A stretch of DNA of 64,000 bases. It comes from Mycobacterium sp. Its GTDB lineage: Bacteria; Actinomycetota; Actinomycetes; Mycobacteriales; Mycobacteriaceae. The DNA is taken from assembly GCA_035506875.1 (NCBI GenBank), contig DATJOR010000162.1:3956-67955 (forward strand), read 5' to 3'. Position 1 is the stretch's first letter, and each line of letters begins with the position of its first letter. This document shows positions 21,513-30,451 of this stretch, one piece after another. The notes below the pieces were generated by a model that was not told the DNA's origin, did not search any database, and saw only the letters and a program-made list of their open reading frames with translations. The translations under genes were made by a program, and so were the position numbers.

Positions 21513-22195
21513 TCAGGCTCCAGCCGTGCCGACTGGGCGACGTTTGGGCACAGAATGGGCACACTTCAAATCAAGCGTGGTCGCGACGGCATCGAGATCG
21601 GAGTCGAACAAATCGCTGTAAGTGTCCAGGGTGATCTTGGCTGACTTGTGGCCGAGCATGCGGGAGAGCGCGAGGACATTCACCCCGAGGCTAATTGAGA
21701 TCGAGGCGCAGGTGTGCCTCAAATTGTGCGGCGTGATGGCCTGTACGTCAGCAGCTTTGACCGCTCTGTTAAACCACCCGTTGGAAGACTTCGGCCGCGG
21801 CTGATAGCCGCCATCCGGCCCGGCGAACACCAGATCGCCAGGTTCCTTGCCTGCGCACTGCACCGACAGCTCGTCGAGCACGAACGCCGGCACCGGCACC
21901 GAGCGGGCGTCGCCGCCTTTAGTCGGGCCGACAGGCATGCCGAGCGCCGATCTGTACCGCGTTGTCATGGACGCTCAGCCGACGACGTAGGAACTGGACA
22001 TCGCGCACCCGCAGCCCGATCGCTTCACCCCAGCGAATGCCGGTGTAAGCCAGCGTCAGCAGCAACGCCCCATGCTGCCCTGACTCGGCCGCCAGCCGGG
22101 CGACATCATCAACTGTGAGGTACACGCGGCGCTTAGCTGCCTTGCGGGTTAGGTTCTCCACGCCCCGGCTCGGGTTCGCGGCCAGGCGCCGACAA
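21513..22195 (-). pseudogene. Tyrosine integrase, frameshifted and 5'-truncated
   Basis: AYTGIRWGEAIGLR (ORF 21919-22161) and HNLRHT..MLGH..ITLDTY (ORF 21513-21968) are in different frames, shift near 21935; N-terminal domains missing. Confidence 0.92.
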
Positions 22196-22761
22196 CGCCA
22201 CGTTCAACGGTTGGCTGAATACCAGCTCGACATTGACCAAGGACAGCGCCGGCCTCAATGGCCTGGATGCGATCATTCAGGCCGCGGCGGCAATGCGTTC
22301 GTCGAGCAGTTCGTTCGCCTCGCCTGACCTGTTGATCACGTCGCCCAACACGGTGGCCGCGATCTTGCAGGAGTAAGGACAACCGGGGCCGGTACCTCAA
22401 TGACATCATCTATTCCGCGGGGCCTGGTGGCTTCACGTGGAATGGTGGCCCGAACGAGTCGGTCTCGCCGGAAATGCTGAAGTTCGGTGTCACGCCGCAG
22501 GGCATGGAGGGTGGCAATTTGCACCTCGCCGGCATCCCGGTGGTTCAGACCACGCAGATCGACGACTACACCGCGGTGATGCTATCCACCCGTAACGGTG
22601 GCGGTGTGTTCTGGATCCGCCGAAACATGTTCGTGCTGTACGACCCCTACACATTGGCCAGCACCAACGAGTACCGTTATGTCGCGGAAGAACGTGTGGC
22701 ACTTAGTGTTCCACGTCCGGCGGCTGTCTCGCTGATCAGCGACTTGGCTGGCACATCCTAA
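22193..22761 (+). pseudogene. Phage major capsid protein (HK97 fold), C-terminal fragment
   Basis: ..PDLLITSPNTVAAILQE/KDNRGRYL..LAGIPVVQT..YVAEERVALSVPRPAAV; an extra T at 22374 shifts the frame; 5' part missing. Confidence 0.8.
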
Positions 22762-22765
22762 TGAT

Positions 22766-22885
22766 GCCGGAAGGGTTCGCGACCGGCAGCGCCAGCGCCG
22801 AATACACCGAATACGCCTTGCAGTGTTGGTATGAGGACCGCTGGCCATTCGGAGTGCTGCAGCCCCGGCGCGAACCCGATCCGGT
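22766..22885 (+). ncRNA. Candidate structured RNA (long irregular hairpin) after the capsid stop
   Basis: CCGGA/TCCGG, GGGTTCGCG/CGCGAACCC and GCCAGCG/CGCTGGC nested pairings. Confidence 0.4.
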
Positions 22886-22924
22886 GCTATTCCTTTGCAC
22901 AGAGAACGAAGAAGGTAAGTAACG

Positions 22925-23194
22925 ATGGCTATTAGCACTGGCCAGACGTCGGTGACGACGTCGGCTGTCAAATTGTTCCAACCATCGGGGGATGCGCCCA
23001 TTCAGCACGCACTGGTGTACTCCAGCGCCGCGGCCTACATCGGCCCTTCGGGCGTGACGACGTCGACCGGGTTTCCCATTCCGGCGACAACCGTTGTGCA
23101 AATCCCGCTGACCGGCGCCGAGACGGGCACCGCGGAGGCCGTCTACGCGATCACCAGCTCGAGCGCCACCGTCTCGTATTTCCTGGTGAGCTAA
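22925..23194 (+). CDS. Small Thr/Ser-rich beta-type phage protein, possibly virion-associated
   Basis: Intact 89-aa ORF, RBS GAAGGT, directly downstream of the capsid gene. Confidence 0.6.
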   Translation: MAISTGQTSVTTSAVKLFQPSGDAPIQHALVYSSAAAYIGPSGVTTSTGFPIPATTVVQIPLTGAETGTAEAVYAITSSSATVSYFLVS

Positions 23195-23542
23195 CTAGGT
23201 TTCCCCGCTGCGCCGGGTTTGCTTGGGAAGGTTGGCCGGGCGCGCGGGGGAGATGCAGCGGTCCGAGACTCCGCTGCCAGGGCTGGCCTGGCGGTTCCCG
23301 CCCTCACTCGGGGATCGCCGGGTCACCCCACCCACATGAGCGTGCCGGGTGGGGTGACCGGCCCCCGTCCCCTGATCCAGCGCGGACCGGGTTCACGACT
23401 GGGGATGCCGATCGGCCACCAAAGCATCCGGTAGTGATGGGCACAACGGAGCTTTGTGGCCCCACAGCATCAAGACCTCTAGTGAGTGTCGGTTGGGCGG
23501 CGAACCATCAAAAACATGAATCGTTGCGGACAGGAGTAACTA

Positions 23543-23800
23543 ATGACCACAACGATATGGACGTTGCTCTCTATCTTCGTCATCGCTCCCCTCGGTGCTC
23601 TTGCCTGTGACAGGTCCCTCTTCGGCAACTGGATCTGGCACATCGCCCCTGAGAAGTTGAGGGACTACGAGGAGCATTCCGGCGTCACTGGCAAGACCCC
23701 ACACCAAGTAGCTCGGGCCGGTTCGCTGCGCGGGATCACCGACGCCGATATGGCGGGACATGATGTTTCCAACGCTGTGGCGATGTCGAGCGCGGCCTAG
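23543..23800 (+). CDS. Small membrane protein
   Basis: RBS AGGAG, hydrophobic N-terminus. Confidence 0.55.
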   Translation: MTTTIWTLLSIFVIAPLGALACDRSLFGNWIWHIAPEKLRDYEEHSGVTGKTPHQVARAGSLRGITDADMAGHDVSNAVAMSSAA

Positions 23801-24035
23801 CGTAGTCGGCTACTCGATAGCCGTACTTCCACTTAGTAATTGACTAGCCAAATGCTGGTGCCGGGCGATTCCGCCCCTCGTCGCCCGGCCTCACCCGAAA
23901 CATCCTGCGCGCCAGCGTGTTTCACTTCACGATTCCACGCTCGGCGCGCAGGACAGTGGCGCCGGGACGGGCGGGAGTTACCCCATTTCGCCCGTCCAGG
24001 TTCTCCACCAGAGGGTGTCAGCCAGCGTTGGCGCA

Positions 24036-24353
24036 TCAGTCCCGCCAGGTCGCCTTGTCGGGGCACAGCGCGTTGACCGCGTCGTGCCGGGCCTGCTTTT
24101 CCTGCGCGCCGCTAAGGCCCTGGGCGGCGTACTCGGCCTCCGACTTCAACAGTGCCATGCCGACCGCCGCCCACGGCTGACCCAGCGCCCAGCATGCATC
24201 GTGGCCGGCGTCGATCAATGCCGGCGGGTCGCCGGTGATGCCGTGGCGGGAAAGCGCGGCCAGGTAGGTGTCCTCGGGCGTGGAAGCGGTTGCCGGCGCA
24301 GCGAAAGCGAGCGACGCGATGGCCAGAGAGGCAAGCGCGATGCGCGGTTTCAC
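24036..24353 (-). CDS. Secreted DUF732-like protein
   Basis: Signal peptide ending APATA, then EDTYLAAL..GI..LIDAGHDAC..AVNALCP. Confidence 0.75.
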   Translation of the reverse strand: MKPRIALASLAIASLAFAAPATASTPEDTYLAALSRHGITGDPPALIDAGHDACWALGQPWAAVGMALLKSEAEYAAQGLSGAQEKQARHDAVNALCPDKATWRD

Positions 24354-24567
24354 GTCAGCATGTTGCGTGTCCCGTTTGGCCCGTGGCAACGCAACAGGGC
24401 AAACTCACAGCGAGACGTCTAGTAATTACCTTTGTACCAACGACGGGGCGCCGCTACCTGCCGACCGCGGCATGCTCGCTGGGCAGGGGCCGCGGTGCGC
24501 AAAGCGCTCGTCGAGCAACTTGTCGACCTGCCGGCTCGGCGTGAATGCCCAGCCGGCGCGGCGCAAT

Positions 24568-24879
24568 TCACTCGGTTCCAGCCTCCAGCGCCTCGGCTCG
24601 CTCTCTAGCAGCTTCTTCGGAAGGGAAGGGCGACGCCAGCGTGGTTAGCTTGGCGTCGACTTCCACGGCGAGCCACCAGCCGTCTTCGAGTGCCCCGATC
24701 AGATACTCGCGGTTGTCGCTCTGGGCATGTTCGAGAGGACTCAACGAGGCCGCGACAGAGCCTGTGCCTTTCGTGACGACTAGCGACCAATGACCTTCGG
24801 TGAGCGCGCTCCACGTCAACGCCACAGGGCGCGGGAGAGGCGACTGCTGCGGCTGTAGAGGATGCGAAAACTGAGGCAT
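24568..24879 (-). CDS. Hypothetical protein
   Basis: Open frame with protein-like composition; start uncertain. Confidence 0.35.
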   Translation of the reverse strand: MPQFSHPLQPQQSPLPRPVALTWSALTEGHWSLVVTKGTGSVAASLSPLEHAQSDNREYLIGALEDGWWLAVEVDAKLTTLASPFPSEEAARERAEALEAGTE

Positions 24880-24964
24880 GTCAAACATTAAACGCCGCCA
24901 CAGGGCTCGACTACCAGCGCGGCGAACATGCCTACATGGCCCCGATGACGGTGTGAATGAGTTG

Positions 24965-25231
24965 CTACCTGACGATGATCGCTGCAACCGCAGCAGCAGC
25001 CGCGACGCCCGCGACGATGAAACTAGCCAGGGCTAGCCAGTATGCGCGCCGCGCCAGGTTATGGCTTTCAGTCGCCAGTGCGTAGCTCGCCGCCTCTGCG
25101 CGTACAGCCTCCCGTCGACGTAGCTCGTCAAGCCAGAAGCTGCCGCCTTCGCCCACGTTCCACTTCGCGTCGTGGGCTGCGACTACGTGCTCATCGGTCA
25201 TTGCGCGGATTGCCGCAACTTGTGGTGGCAT
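24965..25231 (-). CDS. Small protein with a C-terminal TM helix
   Basis: ..FWLDELRRREA..RRAYWLALASFIVAGVAAAAAVAAIIVR. Confidence 0.55.
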   Translation of the reverse strand: MPPQVAAIRAMTDEHVVAAHDAKWNVGEGGSFWLDELRRREAVRAEAASYALATESHNLARRAYWLALASFIVAGVAAAAAVAAIIVR

Positions 25232-25510
25232 AGATCGATGATCGCCTATCGCAACCAGCGATGGCGGCCAGGGGAACCGTGCGCTTGCCGCAACGTCCAA
25301 CACAGCGTGGATGATGACGCAGCTCAAGCCCTGCGGGCTGAAGGGCTCGACCCTGACGACCCGGCCGTCGTCAGGCCGGCGCGCTGGGTGGCCATGAGAC
25401 AGGCAATGACCGTTCCCACGATAGGTTCGGCCCGCCACGAGAAGAGAGCGTGGCAGGCCGATAACTGTTCAGACGTGGACTAGGGCGATTCGTTCCCCGC
25501 TTAACCCTGG

Positions 25511-25867
25511 TCAGACCGCCCCTTCGATCAGTTTCTGGTACCAACCGATAAATTGGGCGAGTCCCTCGTCAACGTAAGCCCTGGCGACGCTGACGTGAGA
25601 CGCGACGAGCTGTCCACGGGCGACGTATTGCTGAAACTCCTGGCTACGGCGCACTGAGGCGATCTGCTCCGCGGTGCCGCGCACGACAAGGAATCCGGCC
25701 ACATCTCCACCGGAGAACGCGAGAACGGTCACGTCAAAGCGCTCGATTTTTCCTTCTTGCTGAAGACGTGCCCAGTACTGCATCGCTTCGTTGTAGATAT
25801 TGAGGGCTTGCTTCTCCCGCCCAGGTATGGGGTCTCCCCAAACTGTGCATAGAGCAGCTTCAGCCAT
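25511..25867 (-). CDS. Conserved hypothetical protein, possibly dimeric alpha/beta barrel
   Basis: Purine-rich RBS; WGDPIPGRE..QQEGKIERF..GGDVAGFLVVRG. Confidence 0.7.
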   Translation of the reverse strand: MAEAALCTVWGDPIPGREKQALNIYNEAMQYWARLQQEGKIERFDVTVLAFSGGDVAGFLVVRGTAEQIASVRRSQEFQQYVARGQLVASHVSVARAYVDEGLAQFIGWYQKLIEGAV

Positions 25868-26276
25868 TGGACTTCTTCTCTCCCTCGGCCCCTATGCGGA
25901 TCCTTCTTGCGGACCGCCGCCAGGCACACGCGTAGTTCGGTACTCGATTTCCAGCTTCCAATCGTCGCGTCGGCCTGTTTCGTCGTCGTTGTTATGGGGA
26001 CCAATGTTGGTGCGTCGTCCCTGTGACGGCGAATATCGTGCCGGGTTCTGCACGGTTCTGACGCGGTGCGGTGACTCAGGAACCGAGCGAGAGTTCCCAT
26101 CGGACAAGTTCTATCGCCGCGATGACCGCGGGATCGTCGGGGTCGAGCCCTTCAGCCCGCACAGCTTGGGCACATTCTGGGCACACTTGGGCACAAACCC
26201 AGGCAATTCCAGAGAATTGAAACGCGTGTCATTTCGCAGGTCACAGCCATTTCGACGCCCGGACCTGGACCCTGCG

Positions 26277-26305
26277 GAGGGTTCGAGTCCCTCCGCCCGC
26301 ACCGA
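26277..26305 (+). repeat. att core repeat (duplicated tRNA-Leu 3' end)
   Basis: Exact 29-bp match to 21449-21477. Confidence 0.93.
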
Positions 26306-26768
26306 TCCCGTGGCCGTATTTGCGCAGTAGATGGTGATTTTCACGTTGCTGCGACGCCTCTTGGGCACCAACGGCGGGTTGGAAACTGGAGGACTTCTGT
26401 CGGGCGGGTGCGGTGACTCAAATGCCGAGCGAGAGTTCCCATCGGACAAGGTCTATCGCCGCGTTGACCGCGGAATCGTCAGGGTCGAGTTCCGCAGCCC
26501 GCGGGCTTTGCGTTCGTCGTCATCCAAACCAGTGTTGGACGCGCGGCCTGTCGTTACGCTTCCTAGCCGTCACCGATGGCTGGCCCCAGGAAAGCGAACT
26601 GGTTCCTGTGGTCGCGGGTTCAGCGTGTCTCGGTAAACGCGAACAAGGTAAGTAGTGGACTACTCGTGACAGTTGCACCGCTTCGCCCCACGATCTAAGA
26701 GCAGCCAGTGGCCCACGCCGAGGGGTCATTCATTCAAAGGGGTCATTCATTCAAAAGGAGAAAAAATC

Positions 26769-27218
26769 ATGGCAGACCCTCCCGGCATGGTGGTAGGGAT
26801 CTCCGGGCATTTCGGTGACGTCCTGTTCTCACTGTGGAACTACACCGACGCAGAGATCGAAGTGAACGTGGGAGCCGAGGCCGTACCGCCGACCGAGCCA
26901 CTAAACGATTTCTTTCAGGGCACCAACATTGTGGTCCCGTCCAACGCAACCCGCTCGTTTGGGGGCCACGTCGACTTGGGCATGCCGACTTATTACCCGT
27001 ATTGGCTGCCCGTAGGCGTGTACAACCTGAAGGTCCAACTAAATACTGACGGAATTTGGTACGAAGTGGCGACCGGCATCGAGGTTTCGGCGCCCCAACC
27101 CGTTGTTCGCGGTGGTAATCCCGTCTTTTCCCCTCGGGCACCGTCCAGTGCGGAAGCTCTGAACAGTCTCAGCGGCGGGGTGGGCATGCTTACCACGCCT
27201 GCGATTGTGTGTTGGTAA
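26769..27218 (+). CDS. Hypothetical beta-rich (Ig-like?) protein
   Basis: RBS AAGGAG; YWLPVGVYNLKVQL pattern. Confidence 0.55.
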   Translation: MADPPGMVVGISGHFGDVLFSLWNYTDAEIEVNVGAEAVPPTEPLNDFFQGTNIVVPSNATRSFGGHVDLGMPTYYPYWLPVGVYNLKVQLNTDGIWYEVATGIEVSAPQPVVRGGNPVFSPRAPSSAEALNSLSGGVGMLTTPAIVCW

Positions 27219-27349
27219 GTCTGCCGGTCGGGCGACGGGCGCCTGACCCTAAAGTTTGTCAGGATTTTCACATAGTCTACTCATGTCGAGTTACGCTCGA
27301 TGCCGCCGCGTCATGTGAGCCGGGTCGCAACGTGAGAATGGAGCCCTTG

Positions 27350-27502
27350 ATGGACCATCGCCGAATCACGGTTGCCCTCGGCGCGGCTGTCGGCACCGCT
27401 TTCGCGGCCGGGCTGATCGGACTGGCTAACGCTCCCGCGGCCAGAGCCGATATGGGTCTTTTGTACCTCCCCTTCCTTCCCGTAATTTTGGCCGGCACGT
27501 AG
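27350..27502 (+). pseudogene. Signal-peptide-only fragment of a secreted protein
   Basis: MDHRRITVALGAAVGTAFAAGLIGLANAPAARAD, then ends after 16 aa. Confidence 0.5.
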
Positions 27503-27520
27503 GGATTCACCATCGGATCG

Positions 27521-28603
27521 ATGAATTCCCGGCAGCGGTTCGAGGCCCTAGCTCGTTGGATAAACGCGCATCGGGCCTTCGAGGGTCGGCAGATTCATGC
27601 AGATGTTCTCGAGCAGCGGGATCAGACCGCCCTGCGCCGCGCCGAACACTTCCAAACCCTGGTGAACTCGCTCGACTACGGGGTCGCGGTCGTCGGCAGC
27701 GACGGTCGCGTGCAATCCGCGAACCCCGCGGCCGACCGAATATTTGGCACCAGGCCCGAGGTTCTGAGAAATCGGCCAGCCAACAGAGCCCTCGACTCTC
27801 CCATCTACGACACCGACGGCCGCCTTGTCGATGCAGACCGGCATCCGCTCACCCAGATCCGGCAGACCGGAACCCCAATCAGTGATTACGTGTTCGGCGT
27901 CGATCGCTCCGACGGACAGCGGGTATGGCTGTGCGCAAGCTATCGCCTGCTGAACCCGGACGATCTCCAACATTCAGCGGTGCTCATCTCATTGACCGAC
28001 ATCACCGCACAACGCACCGCCAGCGAACGGCTCGCCTACGAGGCCACACACGACTCGCTGACCGGGCTGCCCAACCGCGCCCACGTGGTCACCCGGGTCA
28101 CCGAAGCACTCGAATCGGGTGGCCACCACGCCTTGGCGGCGGTCCTATTCATCGATCTGGACAATCTCAAGACCATCAACGATTCGCTCGGCCACGACGC
28201 CGGGGATGAAGTGCTACGGTGCGCGGCGCAACGTCTCTGCCGGTCTGTCCGACCCGCCGACGTGGTCGCCCGGCTTGGGGGTGACGAATTCCTCGCCCTG
28301 CTCATCGGCCAGATCGCGCGCGCCGATCTCGACGCACTCGACGACAGACTCCACGCGACCCTGTCAGATCCGATCGTCATCGAGGGCGTGACACTCCGCG
28401 TTACGGCCAGCATCGGAATCGTTGTGATCGACAACAGCGACCCGCGCGGCACGGCAGAGATTCTGCGCGACGCCGACACCGCTATGTACGAGGCCAAAAC
28501 CACAGGCCGAGGCAAAAGCCACTACTTCACCGAGCAGCTGCGAGGGCTCACCTCTGAAGGGCGGGGTCAATTCCGAGAGTGTTCGACGCCATGGTGGTCT
28601 TGA
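27521..28603 (+). CDS. PAS-GGDEF diguanylate cyclase
   Basis: PAS (SANPAADRIFG), HDSLTGLPNR, FIDLDNLK, RPAD I-site, RLGGDEF, ADTAMYEAK. Confidence 0.92.
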   Translation: MNSRQRFEALARWINAHRAFEGRQIHADVLEQRDQTALRRAEHFQTLVNSLDYGVAVVGSDGRVQSANPAADRIFGTRPEVLRNRPANRALDSPIYDTDGRLVDADRHPLTQIRQTGTPISDYVFGVDRSDGQRVWLCASYRLLNPDDLQHSAVLISLTDITAQRTASERLAYEATHDSLTGLPNRAHVVTRVTEALESGGHHALAAVLFIDLDNLKTINDSLGHDAGDEVLRCAAQRLCRSVRPADVVARLGGDEFLALLIGQIARADLDALDDRLHATLSDPIVIEGVTLRVTASIGIVVIDNSDPRGTAEILRDADTAMYEAKTTGRGKSHYFTEQLRGLTSEGRGQFRECSTPWWS

Positions 28604-28892
28604 AACAAACCGTCACCGTGCTAAAGGTAGAAGCGCAGATCTGAAGGCAGCAAAACCTCTGCCACTCTGCTGCGTTTGCGGTCACGTGGACGCTCGGCGA
28701 CTGGTTTGCCAAGTCGGCCTGGTGCCCCCGGACGCGGAGGCACGGCAAGCAACCGAACAAGCGTGCGCCGTTACAGATGTTTAGAACCTTTTGTGCAAAG
28801 CTGTTGGTCTGCCTCGGCCACAAGCCGAACTTGTACCGCTGCAAGGACACGACGGCTACTGCGGCGCCTTCGCTGAATGAACGATCAATGCC

Positions 28893-29378
28893 ATGAACAT
28901 TTCAACTAACACCAACATCCTTGGCACGGGAATCGGATTCCCGCGCAACACCACGGCCCGCGCATTGCTGGCCATGGCGATCACCGCGACCGCCGTCGGC
29001 CTTGCTGCAACGAGCTACGCCGACGAAGGACCGGCACCGCAGCTGCAACCGCTGATGCCCACACCAGCGAACACTCAGCTCACCGACGGCCCCGCAGCCA
29101 TTCCAGACGACGGCATCCATATCCACTTTCTGGTCAACGGATCCGCGACCGACGTTCTCGGCGCGTACAAGACCGCGCTCGAACGCACGGGCTGGGCGGT
29201 TACCGTCGTGAGTTCAGAGGGCTGGGGAGGCGCCGGCAGCGCAACCTACACCGCGACCCGGGGCACTACCTACGGCGTGTTCAGCGGAGGAGGCGCCGGT
29301 GACAGAACCGACCTCAACGCGTGCGCATGGCCGTCAAAGCCTTCGAACCCCAACTGCGGCGGTGGCAAACGAGGCTAG
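28893..29378 (+). CDS. Secreted hypothetical protein
   Basis: Signal-like segment ending SYA; AYKTALERTGW; C-terminal cysteine pair. Confidence 0.7.
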   Translation: MNISTNTNILGTGIGFPRNTTARALLAMAITATAVGLAATSYADEGPAPQLQPLMPTPANTQLTDGPAAIPDDGIHIHFLVNGSATDVLGAYKTALERTGWAVTVVSSEGWGGAGSATYTATRGTTYGVFSGGGAGDRTDLNACAWPSKPSNPNCGGGKRG

Positions 29379-29453
29379 CGGCCGCTGAACTCCTGTCAAC
29401 GCAAAACTTCCCGCGTCACATCATCGTGGCGCGGGAAGCTATTTGCGGCCGAA

Positions 29454-30032
29454 TTAGGTTGCGGCCGGGGCCGGAAGCGTACCCGGTGCGGGCGCTCCGT
29501 TCTGCGGTGCACCCGGTGAGTTGGGCGTCGCGCCTGGCGCCGAGGTGCCCGGCACGTTCGACGTCCACATCAGGATGTCCTGCGTGCCGTCGTTGTACAC
29601 CACGCCGTTCGGCGGCGCGCCGGTCACGTCGAAGTACAGCTTGCCGGTCGACTCGCTGCCCTGCGGGATAGGCGCCGGGTTAAGGCCTTCCGGGGCCGCC
29701 ACCTTGTCGATCACGCGGTAGTTCTGGCCGTTCGGCCCGCGGGCAATGAAGTCATTGACCTGAGGGGTGACGAGCCCGCCGTCTGACCTGGCGGTCACGT
29801 CTGCCTGGTAGAGCGTTCCCTTAGGGGTGTAACCCGGAATCGCGACGTTGCTCGGTTGCAGATTGCTGACCGTGTAGTCGGTGACCAGAGGTCCGTCAAT
29901 CAGCGGTTCGCTTGTACCGAATCCCTGAATGTTTGGCGGCGCTGCGGATGCGGTTGCTGCGGCGACGATGCTCGCAGCAGCTATCCCAGCGGCACCGATG
30001 GCCGTCTTAGCAGTCGTCGTTGTGAACTTCAC
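29454..30032 (-). CDS. MPT63-like (DUF1942) secreted protein
   Basis: Signal peptide; YTVSNLQPS, ARGPNGQNY, GKLYFDVTG..GVVYNDG..LMW. Confidence 0.88.
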   Translation of the reverse strand: MKFTTTTAKTAIGAAGIAAASIVAAATASAAPPNIQGFGTSEPLIDGPLVTDYTVSNLQPSNVAIPGYTPKGTLYQADVTARSDGGLVTPQVNDFIARGPNGQNYRVIDKVAAPEGLNPAPIPQGSESTGKLYFDVTGAPPNGVVYNDGTQDILMWTSNVPGTSAPGATPNSPGAPQNGAPAPGTLPAPAAT

Positions 30033-30451
30033 TACGGGCTCCTTCTTCGCTCCTTGTCGTGTTGAGCGGTCACCAAACTATTCAGGCGAACCGCACTGGA
30101 TTGGCGTAGCCCAGCGACGGCAAGATCAAACGTAACCGCGCCGCGAATTGCGCTGTCCGGGCCGGCTACCTGCATAAACGGCGTCGAATTCATTTCGCGC
30201 CAAAGCTCGTTTTAAATAACTTCTTTAACATTGGCATCACGCTTTCTCGGTAGCACTTGCGACCAATTCGCCACAGCGGAGGCCCTAATCCGCAATTTCT
30301 CGCCGTCTGTGATTGCGGCGCCCTGACAGAAAGGGCTGTGAAATGGGTAACCATCACGTCGGACCGGGCAGCAATCGCATCGCGCGGGCGTTGGTAGACC
30401 GCAACGGCTACTAAGCCCGGAACGACGAACCCAATAGCTAGCGAGGCTGAC

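Larger units (their letters stand above)
21449..26305. mobile_element. Decayed integrative phage-like element or satellite at tRNA-Leu
   Basis: 29-bp direct repeat GAGGGTTCGAGTCCCTCCGCCCGCACCGA at 21449-21477 and 26277-26305; integrase and capsid remnants lie inside. Confidence 0.9.

Noticed and set aside
22370-22380. Programmed frameshift in the capsid gene
   Set aside because: No slippery sequence and the gene is already 5'-truncated; simple decay is more likely.
23833-24428. TAGTAATT occurring twice in the element
   Set aside because: Only two short copies; not distinguishable from chance.
26277-26305. Second tRNA gene
   Set aside because: Only the T-arm and acceptor 3' half are present; this is the att duplication.
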